From a virus (lineage: Duplodnaviria > Caudoviricetes), in the IMG/VR virus record IMGVR_UViG_3300045609_000068, positions 18,501-82,500 of that record: 64,000 bases of DNA; one strand, written 5' to 3'. The position numbers and the translations under genes are program-made. The notes under the pieces were generated by a model. It worked only from the letters and a program-made list of their open reading frames with translations, made no database searches and was not told where the DNA came from. Below, one piece after another: positions 10,115-20,193 of this stretch (the stretch's first letter is position 1; each line of letters opens with the position of its first letter).

Positions 10115-10238
10115 GCCTTTATTGTCTTATGTTGTCATTTTTATCATCATTTATTTAGTTAAATATTGTTATTGCAATGTTTATACCTTATTATAAAAAG
10201 ACTTTTTGACATTATGTTTTGATAAAAGTAAAACAAAA

Positions 10239-10706
10239 TCACTGTTTTTGGCTCTGTTCCTTCCTTGACTCGATAATCTTTTCCAGCACTTCGTTCGGGA
10301 GCCTCGACGATGCCATCATCGCCGCGAATCCGTCGGAGAACGCGGCTCCGTTCGTCGTGAGGTCCGTCATCATCTGGTTGAAGTAAAGGAACACGTCCTT
10401 GCTGACGGACACTAGGAATATGTTCACCAGCGCCGCATTGATCAGCATGTGCCCGTCCTTGTTGACAAAGAACAGGTTGTCAACCTTGGCTTCCCCGGCC
10501 CCGACAAGCGCCTCTATGTTCCTCTTTTCGCAATTAGCAATCAGGTTCATGTCAACCTCGTCCGTCTCGGTCGCGATGAAATAGTTCGTAGCGTCGAACA
10601 CTTCCGTTCCGTTATCCATCTGTCCGAAAAGGACTTCAGGGAAATCGGGTATTTTGCACTTCCCGCATTCCACCTGCGTGTTCAGTTTTGTAGTCTTGTA
10701 GTTCAT
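10239..10706 (-). CDS. Hypothetical protein
   Basis: 155-aa ORF. Confidence 0.7.
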   Translation of the reverse strand: MNYKTTKLNTQVECGKCKIPDFPEVLFGQMDNGTEVFDATNYFIATETDEVDMNLIANCEKRNIEALVGAGEAKVDNLFFVNKDGHMLINAALVNIFLVSVSKDVFLYFNQMMTDLTTNGAAFSDGFAAMMASSRLPNEVLEKIIESRKEQSQKQ

Positions 10707-10707
10707 G

Positions 10708-11127
10708 TCAGTCTTTTTTGATTTTATCCTTCCACCGTTTCGAATATTTGGTCTGTAGGATATTGAAACGTTGTTTGTATTTCGATTCGGGTATTATTTC
10801 CGAGCGGTTCATGCTCTGCGTCGCGTATATGTTCCAGTCGCGCCCCATTTCCGTGTCGAACTCTATCAGCGTGAGCCTGTTCAGGTCGTCCACATCGACG
10901 ATGAACTCGCCAGGAAGCTCCCTGTAATAGAATTCGTCCGACGCGATAATCTTACCGCTACAGCATTTCTGTAGCAGCTGGTGGCTCCTGTGCATCATAC
11001 GTGAGGCGGCGCTGTACGAATTGTATATGGCCGCCAGTTTCAGATGTTTGTCGAACGCCAGTATCTTTGTCGGATTAGAGAACCTTGCCGCCCTTTCCGC
11101 CCCTTCGTCGAGTTCCTTGTCTTGCAT
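10708..11127 (-). CDS. NUMOD1/IENR1-like HTH domain protein
   Basis: IYNSYSAASRMMHRSHQLLQKCCSGK resembles NUMOD1. Confidence 0.5.
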   Translation of the reverse strand: MQDKELDEGAERAARFSNPTKILAFDKHLKLAAIYNSYSAASRMMHRSHQLLQKCCSGKIIASDEFYYRELPGEFIVDVDDLNRLTLIEFDTEMGRDWNIYATQSMNRSEIIPESKYKQRFNILQTKYSKRWKDKIKKD

Positions 11128-11146
11128 CTTTTGTTGCTGTTTCTAA

Positions 11147-11154
11147 TATATAGT
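11147..11154 (-). promoter_or_regulatory. ACTATATA putative phage promoter motif
   Basis: Exact motif about 20 nt upstream of the 11127 start. Confidence 0.55.
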
Positions 11155-11283
11155 CAGTTCTGCAACAAAAGGTGACGGTAAATGTCGTTTTTATTCGGAT
11201 TGACCGCGATTTTACCGATATTCCAAATTTTCCGAAATGTTGCAGGGAGAATATTTTCGGCACCCTCCATGTCCCCATTATCG

Positions 11284-11291
11284 ACTATATA
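11284..11291 (+). promoter_or_regulatory. ACTATATA putative phage late promoter (portal operon)
   Basis: Exact motif 13 nt upstream of the portal ATG. Confidence 0.6.
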
Positions 11292-11304
11292 AAGGAAAAA
11301 GGAT

Positions 11305-12648
11305 ATGAGGAAAAGAACTGAGAATAATTCCCGCGGAGACTTTTTCACCAGTGACGCGCTGGTGGCAGAATACCGCATCGCCAAAAAGACCATTCAGGAA
11401 TACGTGAACGAAATAGTCCGCGATTCGCATTACAGATCAATCGTCAACCAGATAGACGACGGGGCGGTACTGGACGACAGGTCGCGCCTGATAGACCTTT
11501 ACGAGTCGGGGATGATTCAGGACGCACATGTAAGCGCGGTACTGGAGACGCTGTTCTCGTACATGACAGGCGAAAGGTATATGCTGTGTACAATGAACGG
11601 GGAAGGAAAACTCGAAAAGGACAAAGAGCAGTCGGAGAAGATACAGGGGCAGCAGTTCGAGAAAATCATCAAGGAGATTCTTTACTCGCAGTTCTTCGGA
11701 TATTCCGTGATAGAGATTAACCCGAAGGTGGACGAACTGACCGGGCACCTTGCCGAAATCAATTCCATCGAGCGGAGGAATATACTCCCCGGTCAGAGAA
11801 GGGTGGTACAGCGTTCGCACCAATGGGACCCGGGGTGGGATCTGGACGACGAGCAGTACGTACACCGTTACGCCCTGATCGATTCGGGAGGGCTTGGAAT
11901 GTTCGCCCCGATGACACCGCTTGTACTCTCGAAAAAATACACCATAGCCAACTGGGTCAACTTCTCCCACACATACGGCCAGCCGATTATCCATGGCAAG
12001 ACTTCGAGCGAGAGCAAATCAGACAGGCAGTATCTTGCGACGCAGATAGCCAACGCAGCGCAGAAGAAGGTGCTTGTGACAGGAAAGGACGACGAGATAG
12101 ACGTAAAGACGTTCACGATGTCCAACTCGGAGAAGATTTACCAGTCGCTTATCGACTTCTCAAACGCGGAGATAAGCAACCTTGTGCTGGGTTCGGAAAG
12201 TATGGCCGGCGCGACGCAGAGCTATGTCGGTTCCACCAAGGCGCATGAGGATATATTCCGTGCAAGGATAAAGACTTACAGACGCATCGTCGAGAACGAG
12301 ATGAACGAGAAAATCATCCCGCGCCTTGTCTATTGGGGCTTTCTAAAGCAGGGAGTTGTGTTCAAATATTCCAACCAGATAGAGATGTCGATGGACAACA
12401 AGATAAAGCTGTACGACATGCTGACAAACAAATACAAGATAGATTCCGATGTCATCGAACGGGAGTTCGGAATCACGGTCGGGGATCAGCTCAATGCCAG
12501 TTATTACGGCACAGGTGGCATTTCGGAAGACGGAGGTACGGAACCCGAATACGGTAATAGGATGTCCGACGAGGAATACCTGAAAAGATACGGTCATCCG
12601 CGTCAGGAGGCAAAAGTAAATTTTCTCCTAGGGGATGCACGTCCCTGA
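11305..12648 (+). CDS. Portal protein (Mu gp29/DUF935-like)
   Basis: 447 aa; SQFFGYSVIE, WVNFSHTYGQP, NAEISNLVLG and STKAHEDIF resemble DUF935 portals; first gene of the head module. Confidence 0.8.
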   Translation: MRKRTENNSRGDFFTSDALVAEYRIAKKTIQEYVNEIVRDSHYRSIVNQIDDGAVLDDRSRLIDLYESGMIQDAHVSAVLETLFSYMTGERYMLCTMNGEGKLEKDKEQSEKIQGQQFEKIIKEILYSQFFGYSVIEINPKVDELTGHLAEINSIERRNILPGQRRVVQRSHQWDPGWDLDDEQYVHRYALIDSGGLGMFAPMTPLVLSKKYTIANWVNFSHTYGQPIIHGKTSSESKSDRQYLATQIANAAQKKVLVTGKDDEIDVKTFTMSNSEKIYQSLIDFSNAEISNLVLGSESMAGATQSYVGSTKAHEDIFRARIKTYRRIVENEMNEKIIPRLVYWGFLKQGVVFKYSNQIEMSMDNKIKLYDMLTNKYKIDSDVIEREFGITVGDQLNASYYGTGGISEDGGTEPEYGNRMSDEEYLKRYGHPRQEAKVNFLLGDARP

Positions 12649-12659
12649 AGTGTGTCCCC
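12618..12659 (+). promoter_or_regulatory. Putative -1 programmed ribosomal frameshift signal
   Basis: In-frame heptamer A_AAT_TTT (12618-12624), 6-nt spacer, then hairpin GGGGATGCAC/GTGTGTCCCC (12631-12659). Confidence 0.7.
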
Positions 12660-12794
12660 GACGTAAAAGCGGAACTTACCGACGAGGAAAAGGAAAAGGA
12701 GAAAAAGGAATATTCCGACCTTTATGCCCTTTTCGTTGAACTTCTGAAAAATCTGAGGAACGCGGACAGCAGGGAAGACGCGCTGGAGGCGATT

Positions 12795-13529
12795 ATGAGT
12801 CTTCGGGCAGACCTTGCCGTATCTCATGCCTTCAAAGGTTTCCACATGGACGAGGACGAGGCACTCGATCTGCTTAAAAGGGCGGACGACGAAATGCTCA
12901 CCAAGGACGAAAAGGACAAACGGGACAGACTTGTCGCGGCAGTGAGGAACCTCATCGACTTCGCCGTATGCGAGGAATACCAGCTGTACAAAAAGGTCAA
13001 GAAAAGATACGACGAGTTCGACGATGCGATTGACTATGACGAATACCCTGACGATTTTACGGACGACTGCGACGAATGGTGCAAGACGTATAACGACGCC
13101 TACGCCACGGTGGAAAACCACGACATAGAATACGCCATGGGCATCGCGCTCGCATGGATAGGGTATGGCGATAATGTATATCTCACCTACATGACGCAGA
13201 ACGACAACCGTGTAAGGCCGTGGCATTTCGCCTTGCAGGGGGAAACGTACACCAAGGACGATTTTCCCGCATGGATGATTCCGCCTATCGAGTGGGCCTG
13301 CCGATGCTTCCTAGTCCCGTCGTATGACGGTAACGCCAGCAAGGACATGAAACACGTGATGGCCAAGAAAGCGGCAAAGCCTAAGCAGCTTGACGGAATT
13401 TTCAGCGAGAGCGTGGCGAAATGCGGAAGAATTTTCTCCGCGTCGCATCCGTACTTCAAAGTTGACAAGGAAGACAAATCCAGACTGGGCGAAATTGCAG
13501 ACAAACTGAAAGGGAAATATTATGTATAA
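12795..13529 (+). CDS. Head morphogenesis protein (SPP1 gp7/Mu F-like); the reading frame is open from about 12562
   Basis: YMTQNDNRVRPWH...PPIEWACRC is the gp7/MuF signature. Confidence 0.85.
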   Translation: MSLRADLAVSHAFKGFHMDEDEALDLLKRADDEMLTKDEKDKRDRLVAAVRNLIDFAVCEEYQLYKKVKKRYDEFDDAIDYDEYPDDFTDDCDEWCKTYNDAYATVENHDIEYAMGIALAWIGYGDNVYLTYMTQNDNRVRPWHFALQGETYTKDDFPAWMIPPIEWACRCFLVPSYDGNASKDMKHVMAKKAAKPKQLDGIFSESVAKCGRIFSASHPYFKVDKEDKSRLGEIADKLKGKYYV

Positions 13530-14250
13530 TGACGCACCGAAATGGTTCAGAGGGTACGAGAGGTACTTTTCGAGAGGGCTGTACCCAAGTTTAAAGGCGA
13601 AAGGAACGGAAGATGGAGTTACCAAGTATTACAGAACCGCTCACGAAAGAAGAATATTCACTCCGATGAAGTATGATTCACGTCAGATGCGAGGAAGGTT
13701 CAGAAGTAATTCGACCGTTCTGACCCACACGCAATGGATGAATCAGATAAAGTTGCTCCCTGAAAAGATTACATCAAGAGCCATGAGTTTCGTTTCCGTC
13801 ATGAGTTACCGCGCACAGAAGATATTCCAGACTTCTTTCAGCCAGCAACGGTTTTACAGTTCCGACGGAGGTATATGGCAGCGTTTAAGTCCCGTAACAA
13901 TCAAGAAAAGGATGAAGAACGGGACATGGCCGGGCAGCATACTTCACGAAACTGGCGATCTGCTCAGGTCCATAACCGCTAGGGAGGCGGATCGGGAGGG
14001 CTATTATATCCATGCAAGAGTGTTTACGGACCCTAAAGCGTTCAGGTCACACAAGGACAACCGAGGGTTTTTCTGCTATGCAGGACTCCATAACAACCCT
14101 TCCGAAACCGATACGTACGGAAACAGCCGAACACACATCGTGCAAAGGCAGTTCATGGGCCATTCCACCTATTACACGGAGTTCGAGAACAAGATAATCG
14201 ACAAATATCTCTTTTACGACATCTTCCCGAAGATGATGTACAAAAACTAA
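13522..14250 (+). CDS. Phage virion morphogenesis protein (Mu gpG-like)
   Basis: WQRLSPVTIKKR...ILHETGDLLRSI...YAGLHN...QRQFMGHS. Confidence 0.75.
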   Translation: MYNDAPKWFRGYERYFSRGLYPSLKAKGTEDGVTKYYRTAHERRIFTPMKYDSRQMRGRFRSNSTVLTHTQWMNQIKLLPEKITSRAMSFVSVMSYRAQKIFQTSFSQQRFYSSDGGIWQRLSPVTIKKRMKNGTWPGSILHETGDLLRSITAREADREGYYIHARVFTDPKAFRSHKDNRGFFCYAGLHNNPSETDTYGNSRTHIVQRQFMGHSTYYTEFENKIIDKYLFYDIFPKMMYKN

Positions 14251-14262
14251 CATTATTCGGAT

Positions 14263-15036
14263 ATGATTATAGATAAGAAAACAGGTTCCGTGATAAGCGG
14301 AAATACAAAAAGTACCTCTGCGAAAAGTACAGATACATCAACGACGGGCACGACAGTTCCCGTACAGGAATCCGAACCAAGCAGCGGAATCATAGAAGTC
14401 ACGAAAGCTATTCAGGCGATATTGAGGGGTGTAAGATGGGAGTACGGAAATTCGGAAAGCCCCCTCATCTTCAAAACCGTGCAATGGAACGACGGCCAGT
14501 TCGAACGTCTCATCCGAAAGGGAGGGAACACCGAGTTCGCCCTCGGACTTCCCGCAGCGTTCGTGCATTTCGTCGATACGTCATACCTTGTGTCGCAGCA
14601 GAGGATAGGGGAGGGCAGGGCGAAGCTCCGCATCCAGTTTGTCCTTAACCGCCTTAACAGCCATGATGCCGACCACGAGTTGGACCCGCTATATGTCACG
14701 CAGCGCATCGATCAGGAGATAGTCCTTCACAAAAGCGAATACGACTGCCTTTCGGAACGCTGCCAGATAGTATATTGGGATTTCCCCGAAAGCTGGGACA
14801 ACGGTATGCAGATGGGATGGCTCACATACGAGATATGGTTCAAGGAGACGAGTATATGGATAACGAGATTGAAGAAATACACCCATATAGTGATGCCTCC
14901 GTTCACCAACCACTCCGACCAGACTGCGGAAGCCAACGAGCATAACCACACCGATGCGGACCATCCACGGACTTACGACGAAGCCACGTCGTTCAATATT
15001 CCGGGAGAAACGGACGATACGGAAAGCGGAAATTGA
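14263..15036 (+). CDS. Structural hypothetical protein (possible neck or tail terminator)
   Basis: 257-aa ORF; call is by position only. Confidence 0.55.
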   Translation: MIIDKKTGSVISGNTKSTSAKSTDTSTTGTTVPVQESEPSSGIIEVTKAIQAILRGVRWEYGNSESPLIFKTVQWNDGQFERLIRKGGNTEFALGLPAAFVHFVDTSYLVSQQRIGEGRAKLRIQFVLNRLNSHDADHELDPLYVTQRIDQEIVLHKSEYDCLSERCQIVYWDFPESWDNGMQMGWLTYEIWFKETSIWITRLKKYTHIVMPPFTNHSDQTAEANEHNHTDADHPRTYDEATSFNIPGETDDTESGN

Positions 15037-15081
15037 CACAACAGGTAAATCGTACGAATGTAACCTTTTGAATGTCAGACA

Positions 15082-15089
15082 ACTATATA
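15082..15089 (+). promoter_or_regulatory. ACTATATA putative phage late promoter (protease/capsid)
   Basis: Exact motif 17 nt upstream of the ATG at 15107. Confidence 0.6.
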
Positions 15090-15106
15090 TAAGAAAAACA
15101 CAGTTT

Positions 15107-16351
15107 ATGGCAGAACAAAAGGAATTGAAATATGTGAAAGGCGAATACCGCAAGGGTTCGCCCGCAGACATGTACTTTTATGACGATGTGGACGACTGGA
15201 GCGTCAAGGATTTCTTATCGGAGTTCCAGTATCTGACCAATTATGTCGCCCCTTCCGTAATCAGGGTCCATATCATTTCATGCGGCGGCGTATGCGTGGA
15301 GGGCATAAAGGTATTCTCCATGATTCTCGGTTCGCAGATACCCGTAGAGACCATCAACGACGGCTTCGCGGCTTCCATGGCATCCGCTATCTGGGCGGCT
15401 GGAAGTGTACGCTATATGCGCGATTATGCAATCCTGATGATACACAACCCTTGGACGGACGAAGAGAACCCTTCCGCAGACACAGCCAAGATGACTGATT
15501 CGTTCAGGAACCAGCTATCTTTGATTTACAAGGAGCGGTTCGGGCTTGACGACAAGTCGGTCAAGGAAATCATGGACGGCAAGGACGGCGTGGACGGGAC
15601 ATGGTATACCGCCGAAGAATCCGTTACGGCTGGTTTCCTCGATGCAGCCAATGTCATCAAAACTTCGGGAGACGTATCGGAAAAGGTCGCTGCGTCGTTG
15701 AAGGGAATCAAGACGATGTACGCCAAAACCGACAAGAAGAACACAGAGATTGTGACAAATCTAATCAATAATATTAATCAAAAGAAAAGCGAAATGACAG
15801 AAAACGAGTTCAAAATGGTCGCCGCCCAACTGGGGTTCGACGATCAGAAATCGACAGGTGCCAATGTCACTGCAAGAATCAACGAGCTTCTCGACAAGGA
15901 GAAGAAGTTTGAGCAGATCAGCAATGACTTGAAGGGCGCTCAGGAACAGCTGAGCAAGGTAAGCACCGAATTGGAAGGTAGCAAGGCGTCAGTCACCAAT
16001 CTGACGAAAAGCCTTGATGAAGCGAAGGCTAGCCTGAAAACATATCAGGAGACCGAAAAGGAAAACATGCGCAAGCGCAATGAGGAGCTTGTGGATGCAG
16101 CCATTTCGACAAGCCGTATCGGGAAAGAATCACGCGAAACATGGTTGAAGATGGCAGAGGACAACTTCGACTTGGTTAAGCAGACTCTCGCAAGCATCCC
16201 AGCCGCAAAACAGTTGTCGGCAGAGATCGCCAAAGACCCCGAAAATCTGAAGGATGCCGAAAAGGGCAGACAAAGCGAGGAGGAAAAGGTTAAAGCAAAG
16301 GTAAAGGCAATTGTCGGTGACGACTTCAAACCGCTCACCCCTGAGTTCTAA
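15107..16351 (+). CDS. ClpP-like prohead protease with a C-terminal coiled-coil scaffold region
   Basis: GFAASMASAI (Ser), ILMIHNPW (His), TWYTAEESVTAGFLD. Start set at MAEQKELKY after the promoter motif. Confidence 0.88.
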   Translation: MAEQKELKYVKGEYRKGSPADMYFYDDVDDWSVKDFLSEFQYLTNYVAPSVIRVHIISCGGVCVEGIKVFSMILGSQIPVETINDGFAASMASAIWAAGSVRYMRDYAILMIHNPWTDEENPSADTAKMTDSFRNQLSLIYKERFGLDDKSVKEIMDGKDGVDGTWYTAEESVTAGFLDAANVIKTSGDVSEKVAASLKGIKTMYAKTDKKNTEIVTNLINNINQKKSEMTENEFKMVAAQLGFDDQKSTGANVTARINELLDKEKKFEQISNDLKGAQEQLSKVSTELEGSKASVTNLTKSLDEAKASLKTYQETEKENMRKRNEELVDAAISTSRIGKESRETWLKMAEDNFDLVKQTLASIPAAKQLSAEIAKDPENLKDAEKGRQSEEEKVKAKVKAIVGDDFKPLTPEF

Positions 16352-16377
16352 ACACAACAACACAAACACAAAATACA

Positions 16378-17424
16378 ATGGCAACATTCAATTTCAATCA
16401 AGGAGCACAGGACTATACGGGTGAAGTCCTGAATGATGTCCTCACTTACGACATCAGGGAAAACGAGACCTACAAACAGGGCCTTATCCATATACACCCC
16501 GGTATTCAGAAGCGTTTCACCATCCCTACCATGCAGGTAAGCGGTATCATTCAGGATCACAAGGAAACTCCTGATACGAGCAAGGGAGATGTCAAGTTCA
16601 CACACCGTTATCTGGAGCCTTCCGACTTCATGATTTTCGTTCAGTTCAACCCACGAAACTTCGAGCTGTATTACAAGGAGTTCCAGCCTGTCAACGAGTT
16701 GATTATGCGCGAGCTTAACCCGAGCATTCAGATGAAGATGATACGCGCCATCCTCCAGCTGAAGGGTTCATATATCGACGATTCAATCTGGCAGGGCGCA
16801 AAGACTGCCACCGCAGCAAAAATCATGGACGCGGCAGGTGCGGCACAGACCACCATCGGCGGTTCCGACGACGCAGGTGACATGAAGTATTTCGACGGTG
16901 CAATCGCACGTATGCTTGCCAACGCAGCAGCAGCCGACACAACCGAAGACGCTCTCGGAGGTAAGATTACCACCGCAGGAACTGGCACGTTCGCTAACGG
17001 TGAAGCAGTACAGACCGAAATGTACAACATGTGGCAAAAATGCCCGTCCACAACCCGCCGCAAACCGGGTCTGAAATGGCTTGTAGATGATGAGACTTGG
17101 GACAAGTACGACCAGTATCTGTCAAGCCAGGTATTCAAATACGTGGACAACCGCAGCGAGAACGAACTGAGATTCAAAGGCAAACCAATCATCGCCCTTT
17201 CTTCTCTCCCGAAGGACACTATCATCCTCGGTAACTTCACCAGCGGGCTGGATTCCAACCTTTGGATGGGTGTTGACTACGCCAACGACGAGAACGTCCT
17301 CCAAATCGAAAAGTGGCGTCCAGAGTCCGAGCTTTGGTTCCTCAAGATGTTGCTCAAGATGGATGTCAACATCGTGAAACCAAAGGAGATTATCGCCCAC
17401 ATTCCATTCTCTTGGAAGGCTTAA
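16378..17424 (+). CDS. Major capsid protein (probable)
   Basis: 348 aa directly after the protease/scaffold gene, followed by a stem-loop. Confidence 0.75.
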   Translation: MATFNFNQGAQDYTGEVLNDVLTYDIRENETYKQGLIHIHPGIQKRFTIPTMQVSGIIQDHKETPDTSKGDVKFTHRYLEPSDFMIFVQFNPRNFELYYKEFQPVNELIMRELNPSIQMKMIRAILQLKGSYIDDSIWQGAKTATAAKIMDAAGAAQTTIGGSDDAGDMKYFDGAIARMLANAAAADTTEDALGGKITTAGTGTFANGEAVQTEMYNMWQKCPSTTRRKPGLKWLVDDETWDKYDQYLSSQVFKYVDNRSENELRFKGKPIIALSSLPKDTIILGNFTSGLDSNLWMGVDYANDENVLQIEKWRPESELWFLKMLLKMDVNIVKPKEIIAHIPFSWKA

Positions 17425-17435
17425 TTAACCAGTAC

Positions 17436-17458
17436 GGAGGGAATTGAACATTCCCTCC
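17436..17458 (+). other. Stem-loop after the capsid gene
   Basis: GGAGGGAAT-TGAAC-ATTCCCTCC; no U-tract. Confidence 0.4.
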
Positions 17459-17476
17459 TACATAAAACACACAAAT

Positions 17477-17743
17477 ATGCCAAGAAGTAAAACTGACAAT
17501 TCAGAGCAAGTGACTGACATCGACAAAGCCAATGAAACTATCGCCAACGCGGGCAATAATGCCGACGCAGCAGAAACGGCAGTTGACGCCAAAGCCGACT
17601 CTAAAGTTGACAAGGTTCTTAAATGCTTTCCGCATTACGAACAAGCATACGTGAGCGAAGAAGGGTTCCTTTACCCTAAAGACGCTCCCGAATATCAGCG
17701 AGGCAATGCCAAGCTGTACAAAAACAAGTATTTCAAAAAGTAA
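17477..17743 (+). CDS. Small structural hypothetical protein
   Basis: ATG at 17477 (MPRSKTD); lies between capsid and sheath. Confidence 0.65.
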   Translation: MPRSKTDNSEQVTDIDKANETIANAGNNADAAETAVDAKADSKVDKVLKCFPHYEQAYVSEEGFLYPKDAPEYQRGNAKLYKNKYFKK

Positions 17744-17749
17744 AATATT

Positions 17750-19099
17750 ATGCCGACAAACACAAAATTAGGTGGTGTATTCACCACCGATCTTGACAAT
17801 AACATTGGTGGAACTGTGAACGTCTCTACTGAAAACGTATGCGGAATCATCTTCGACACCAAGATTGTGGGCGGTTTGGCAACAGCACTGGGCACTGGTA
17901 CCACTGCTGCTACGAAATTCGCCAATGGAGCCGTAGTCGAGCTTAATACCTCCAAGGACGTTGAATCCGCAGGTATAGACGCCACGGTCATGAGCGGTCT
18001 CCCGTTGCACCATCTGAGTAATTTCTTTACTCTTGCAGGGGAAAACCAACGTATATTCGTCTCTTTCATGGACTCGACTACCGACACGAACTTCGAGGCC
18101 GTCGAGAAGATGGTATTGGCTGCAAACGGTATCATATACCAGATTGGTGTATGGACGGGTGAAGCTTTATGCAAGAAGACCGATTCCACTGTCACTATCG
18201 TTGACGGAGGCATCCTTTCCAAACTTCAGGCACAGGCCGAAGTAGTGGGAGGAAAAATCGGGCACGTCAACTACGACGGGAACGCGCCTATAAACATTCT
18301 GGTGAATGCCCCTATCGTTACGGATGCAACGTTCGATGTGGCTTCACTCCCTGACATGTCATCGCTGAACCTGCCAAAGGTTTCCGTGATTCTCGGACAG
18401 CCGGCAACAGATGCGGTACATACGATACAGGCCGCTCTTGGCGGTATGTGTCCAGTGGGCAATGTCGGTGCAGCCCTTGCCTGCCTTGCAGTGGCACCTG
18501 CCGACATAAGCATCGGATGGGTCAAAGAGTTCAATCTGTCCAGCGTTATGACCAATGCGGAACTTGGATTCGGTAACTTGGACATAGATACCACATCGAA
18601 GGCATTCAAGGCTGATGCGGCATTTACGAACATCAAGACTCTCGGATATAGCGCACGCAACACCATCCATAGCAAGGGATATATTTTCCTTACGAATTTG
18701 GACGGAATCGAAAACGGTGTGTTCTTCTCCAGCGACCAGACGCTTAGCACTGGTGACTACAGGACTCTGATGCGTTGCCGTGTTATGCACAAGAGCCGCA
18801 GGTCTGTCAGAAAAGCCCTTCTTCCTTTCGTGAACCAGAGCGTGGAAGTTGATTCGACAACGGGCCAGCTTTCTTCATCCATGATTACGACATACCAGAA
18901 TGCAGTCTTGGCGGCACTTGACGACAATATGGTTGAACCTGGGACATCAGTTCCGCAGATTAGCGGACGTACATGCACTATCTCGTCCACACAGGATATC
19001 CTGACGAATGACGAATTGCAGATATCTTATAGCCTTGTACCAGTAGGATGCACTTCGGTCATCATGGTGACGGAGGGGTTTGTTACTTCTGTATCTTAA
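17750..19099 (+). CDS. Tail sheath protein 1 (DUF2586-like)
   Basis: 449 aa upstream of the tube gene; motifs VGAALACLA and RVMHKSRRSVRKALLP. Confidence 0.75.
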   Translation: MPTNTKLGGVFTTDLDNNIGGTVNVSTENVCGIIFDTKIVGGLATALGTGTTAATKFANGAVVELNTSKDVESAGIDATVMSGLPLHHLSNFFTLAGENQRIFVSFMDSTTDTNFEAVEKMVLAANGIIYQIGVWTGEALCKKTDSTVTIVDGGILSKLQAQAEVVGGKIGHVNYDGNAPINILVNAPIVTDATFDVASLPDMSSLNLPKVSVILGQPATDAVHTIQAALGGMCPVGNVGAALACLAVAPADISIGWVKEFNLSSVMTNAELGFGNLDIDTTSKAFKADAAFTNIKTLGYSARNTIHSKGYIFLTNLDGIENGVFFSSDQTLSTGDYRTLMRCRVMHKSRRSVRKALLPFVNQSVEVDSTTGQLSSSMITTYQNAVLAALDDNMVEPGTSVPQISGRTCTISSTQDILTNDELQISYSLVPVGCTSVIMVTEGFVTSVS

Positions 19100-19124
19100 C
19101 ATTTAAAAAGAAAGGACAATAAAA

Positions 19125-19622
19125 ATGGCAACATTAATAAATCACGTGGCCTATTCATGGTCAATGATACAGCTACAGACAAATCTTTCAGGCGAAAGCG
19201 AAAGTTCACCAATATTTGTTGACGCTACATCAATCACATGGAACTCCGACCGTAAGGTCGAGAACATCTACGGACTGGGCGGACAGCCAAGAGGACGCGG
19301 CTTCGGAAACGTCACTTACGAGGCATCAATCACTCTTCCTTACGCGACACAGGTTTCATTGAGGGACAAGTCTTCCGACGGGACACTGATGGGCCTTGGG
19401 GAGTTCAACCTCATCGTTTCGTTCCTCAACGACTTGGCGCAGAACGTGACAAAGGAAACGGTGACTCTTTCGGAGTGCTTCCTTAGCCAGAGCGGTATGC
19501 AGTCCAGTCAGGACGATACCTCCATCACCAAGGAGTTCGACCTCCATCCGTACCGAATCTTCAACCCGACGGTAGCCAACAACAAGAAGATGGGCTGGGG
19601 ACATGAGCTTTATGCTGGTTAG
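19125..19622 (+). CDS. Tail tube protein (probable)
   Basis: INHVAYSWSMI...NIYGLGGQPRGRGFGNVTYEASITL; follows the sheath gene. Confidence 0.75.
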   Translation: MATLINHVAYSWSMIQLQTNLSGESESSPIFVDATSITWNSDRKVENIYGLGGQPRGRGFGNVTYEASITLPYATQVSLRDKSSDGTLMGLGEFNLIVSFLNDLAQNVTKETVTLSECFLSQSGMQSSQDDTSITKEFDLHPYRIFNPTVANNKKMGWGHELYAG

Positions 19623-19649
19623 TTTATACGACTGACTTCTTCCATATTT

Positions 19650-19679
19650 CCGGGGCGTTTCATACGTCCCGGTTTTTTT
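19650..19679 (+). terminator. Intrinsic terminator
   Basis: CCGGGGCGT-TTCAT-ACGTCCCGG followed by T7. Confidence 0.75.
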
Positions 19680-19704
19680 ATGATACCAATCGGCATACGT
19701 TTTT

Positions 19705-19712
19705 ACTATATA
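19705..19712 (+). promoter_or_regulatory. ACTATATA putative phage promoter
   Basis: Exact motif just after the terminator and upstream of the chaperone gene. Confidence 0.55.
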
Positions 19713-19749
19713 TATTAAGAACTTATGTTTCACATTAAATAGATTTAAA

Positions 19750-20193
19750 ATGGAAGAAAAAGTTAATGCTTCTAAAAGCACAAAGCAAGATGGAAACGGG
19801 CTTGCTTCACGGGTAATCCTGACAAATTCCAACGTGTCACTGTCTAATGAAATTAAAGAGCAGATCGCAGAGAAAATCGAGGACCTGAAGAAGTCCAAGA
19901 AACTGAAGCGTGTCTTCGCCATTGTAGTCAAGGGCGAGGAAGACGATGAAAAGCCTTTGTATATAGGCTACTTCAAACGCCCCAGCCTTTCATCGTTCTC
20001 GGCATGGCTCAACTTCGTACAGAAGGACACCGTTCAGGCTAACAAGATGCTTGCGCAGGATACTTTCATCGAGGGCGACAGAGACCTCATCGACGATGAC
20101 GACCTGTTCCTGTTCGGTTGTATGGCGCAGCTCACGAGCATTGCAGAATCCCGTAATGCGGATCTGGTAAAAGTTGCGAGCGTTGCAAAGTAG
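19750..20193 (+). CDS. Tail assembly chaperone (G-like)
   Basis: Follows the tube gene; the -1 frame continues past its stop. Confidence 0.7.
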   Translation: MEEKVNASKSTKQDGNGLASRVILTNSNVSLSNEIKEQIAEKIEDLKKSKKLKRVFAIVVKGEEDDEKPLYIGYFKRPSLSSFSAWLNFVQKDTVQANKMLAQDTFIEGDRDLIDDDDLFLFGCMAQLTSIAESRNADLVKVASVAK

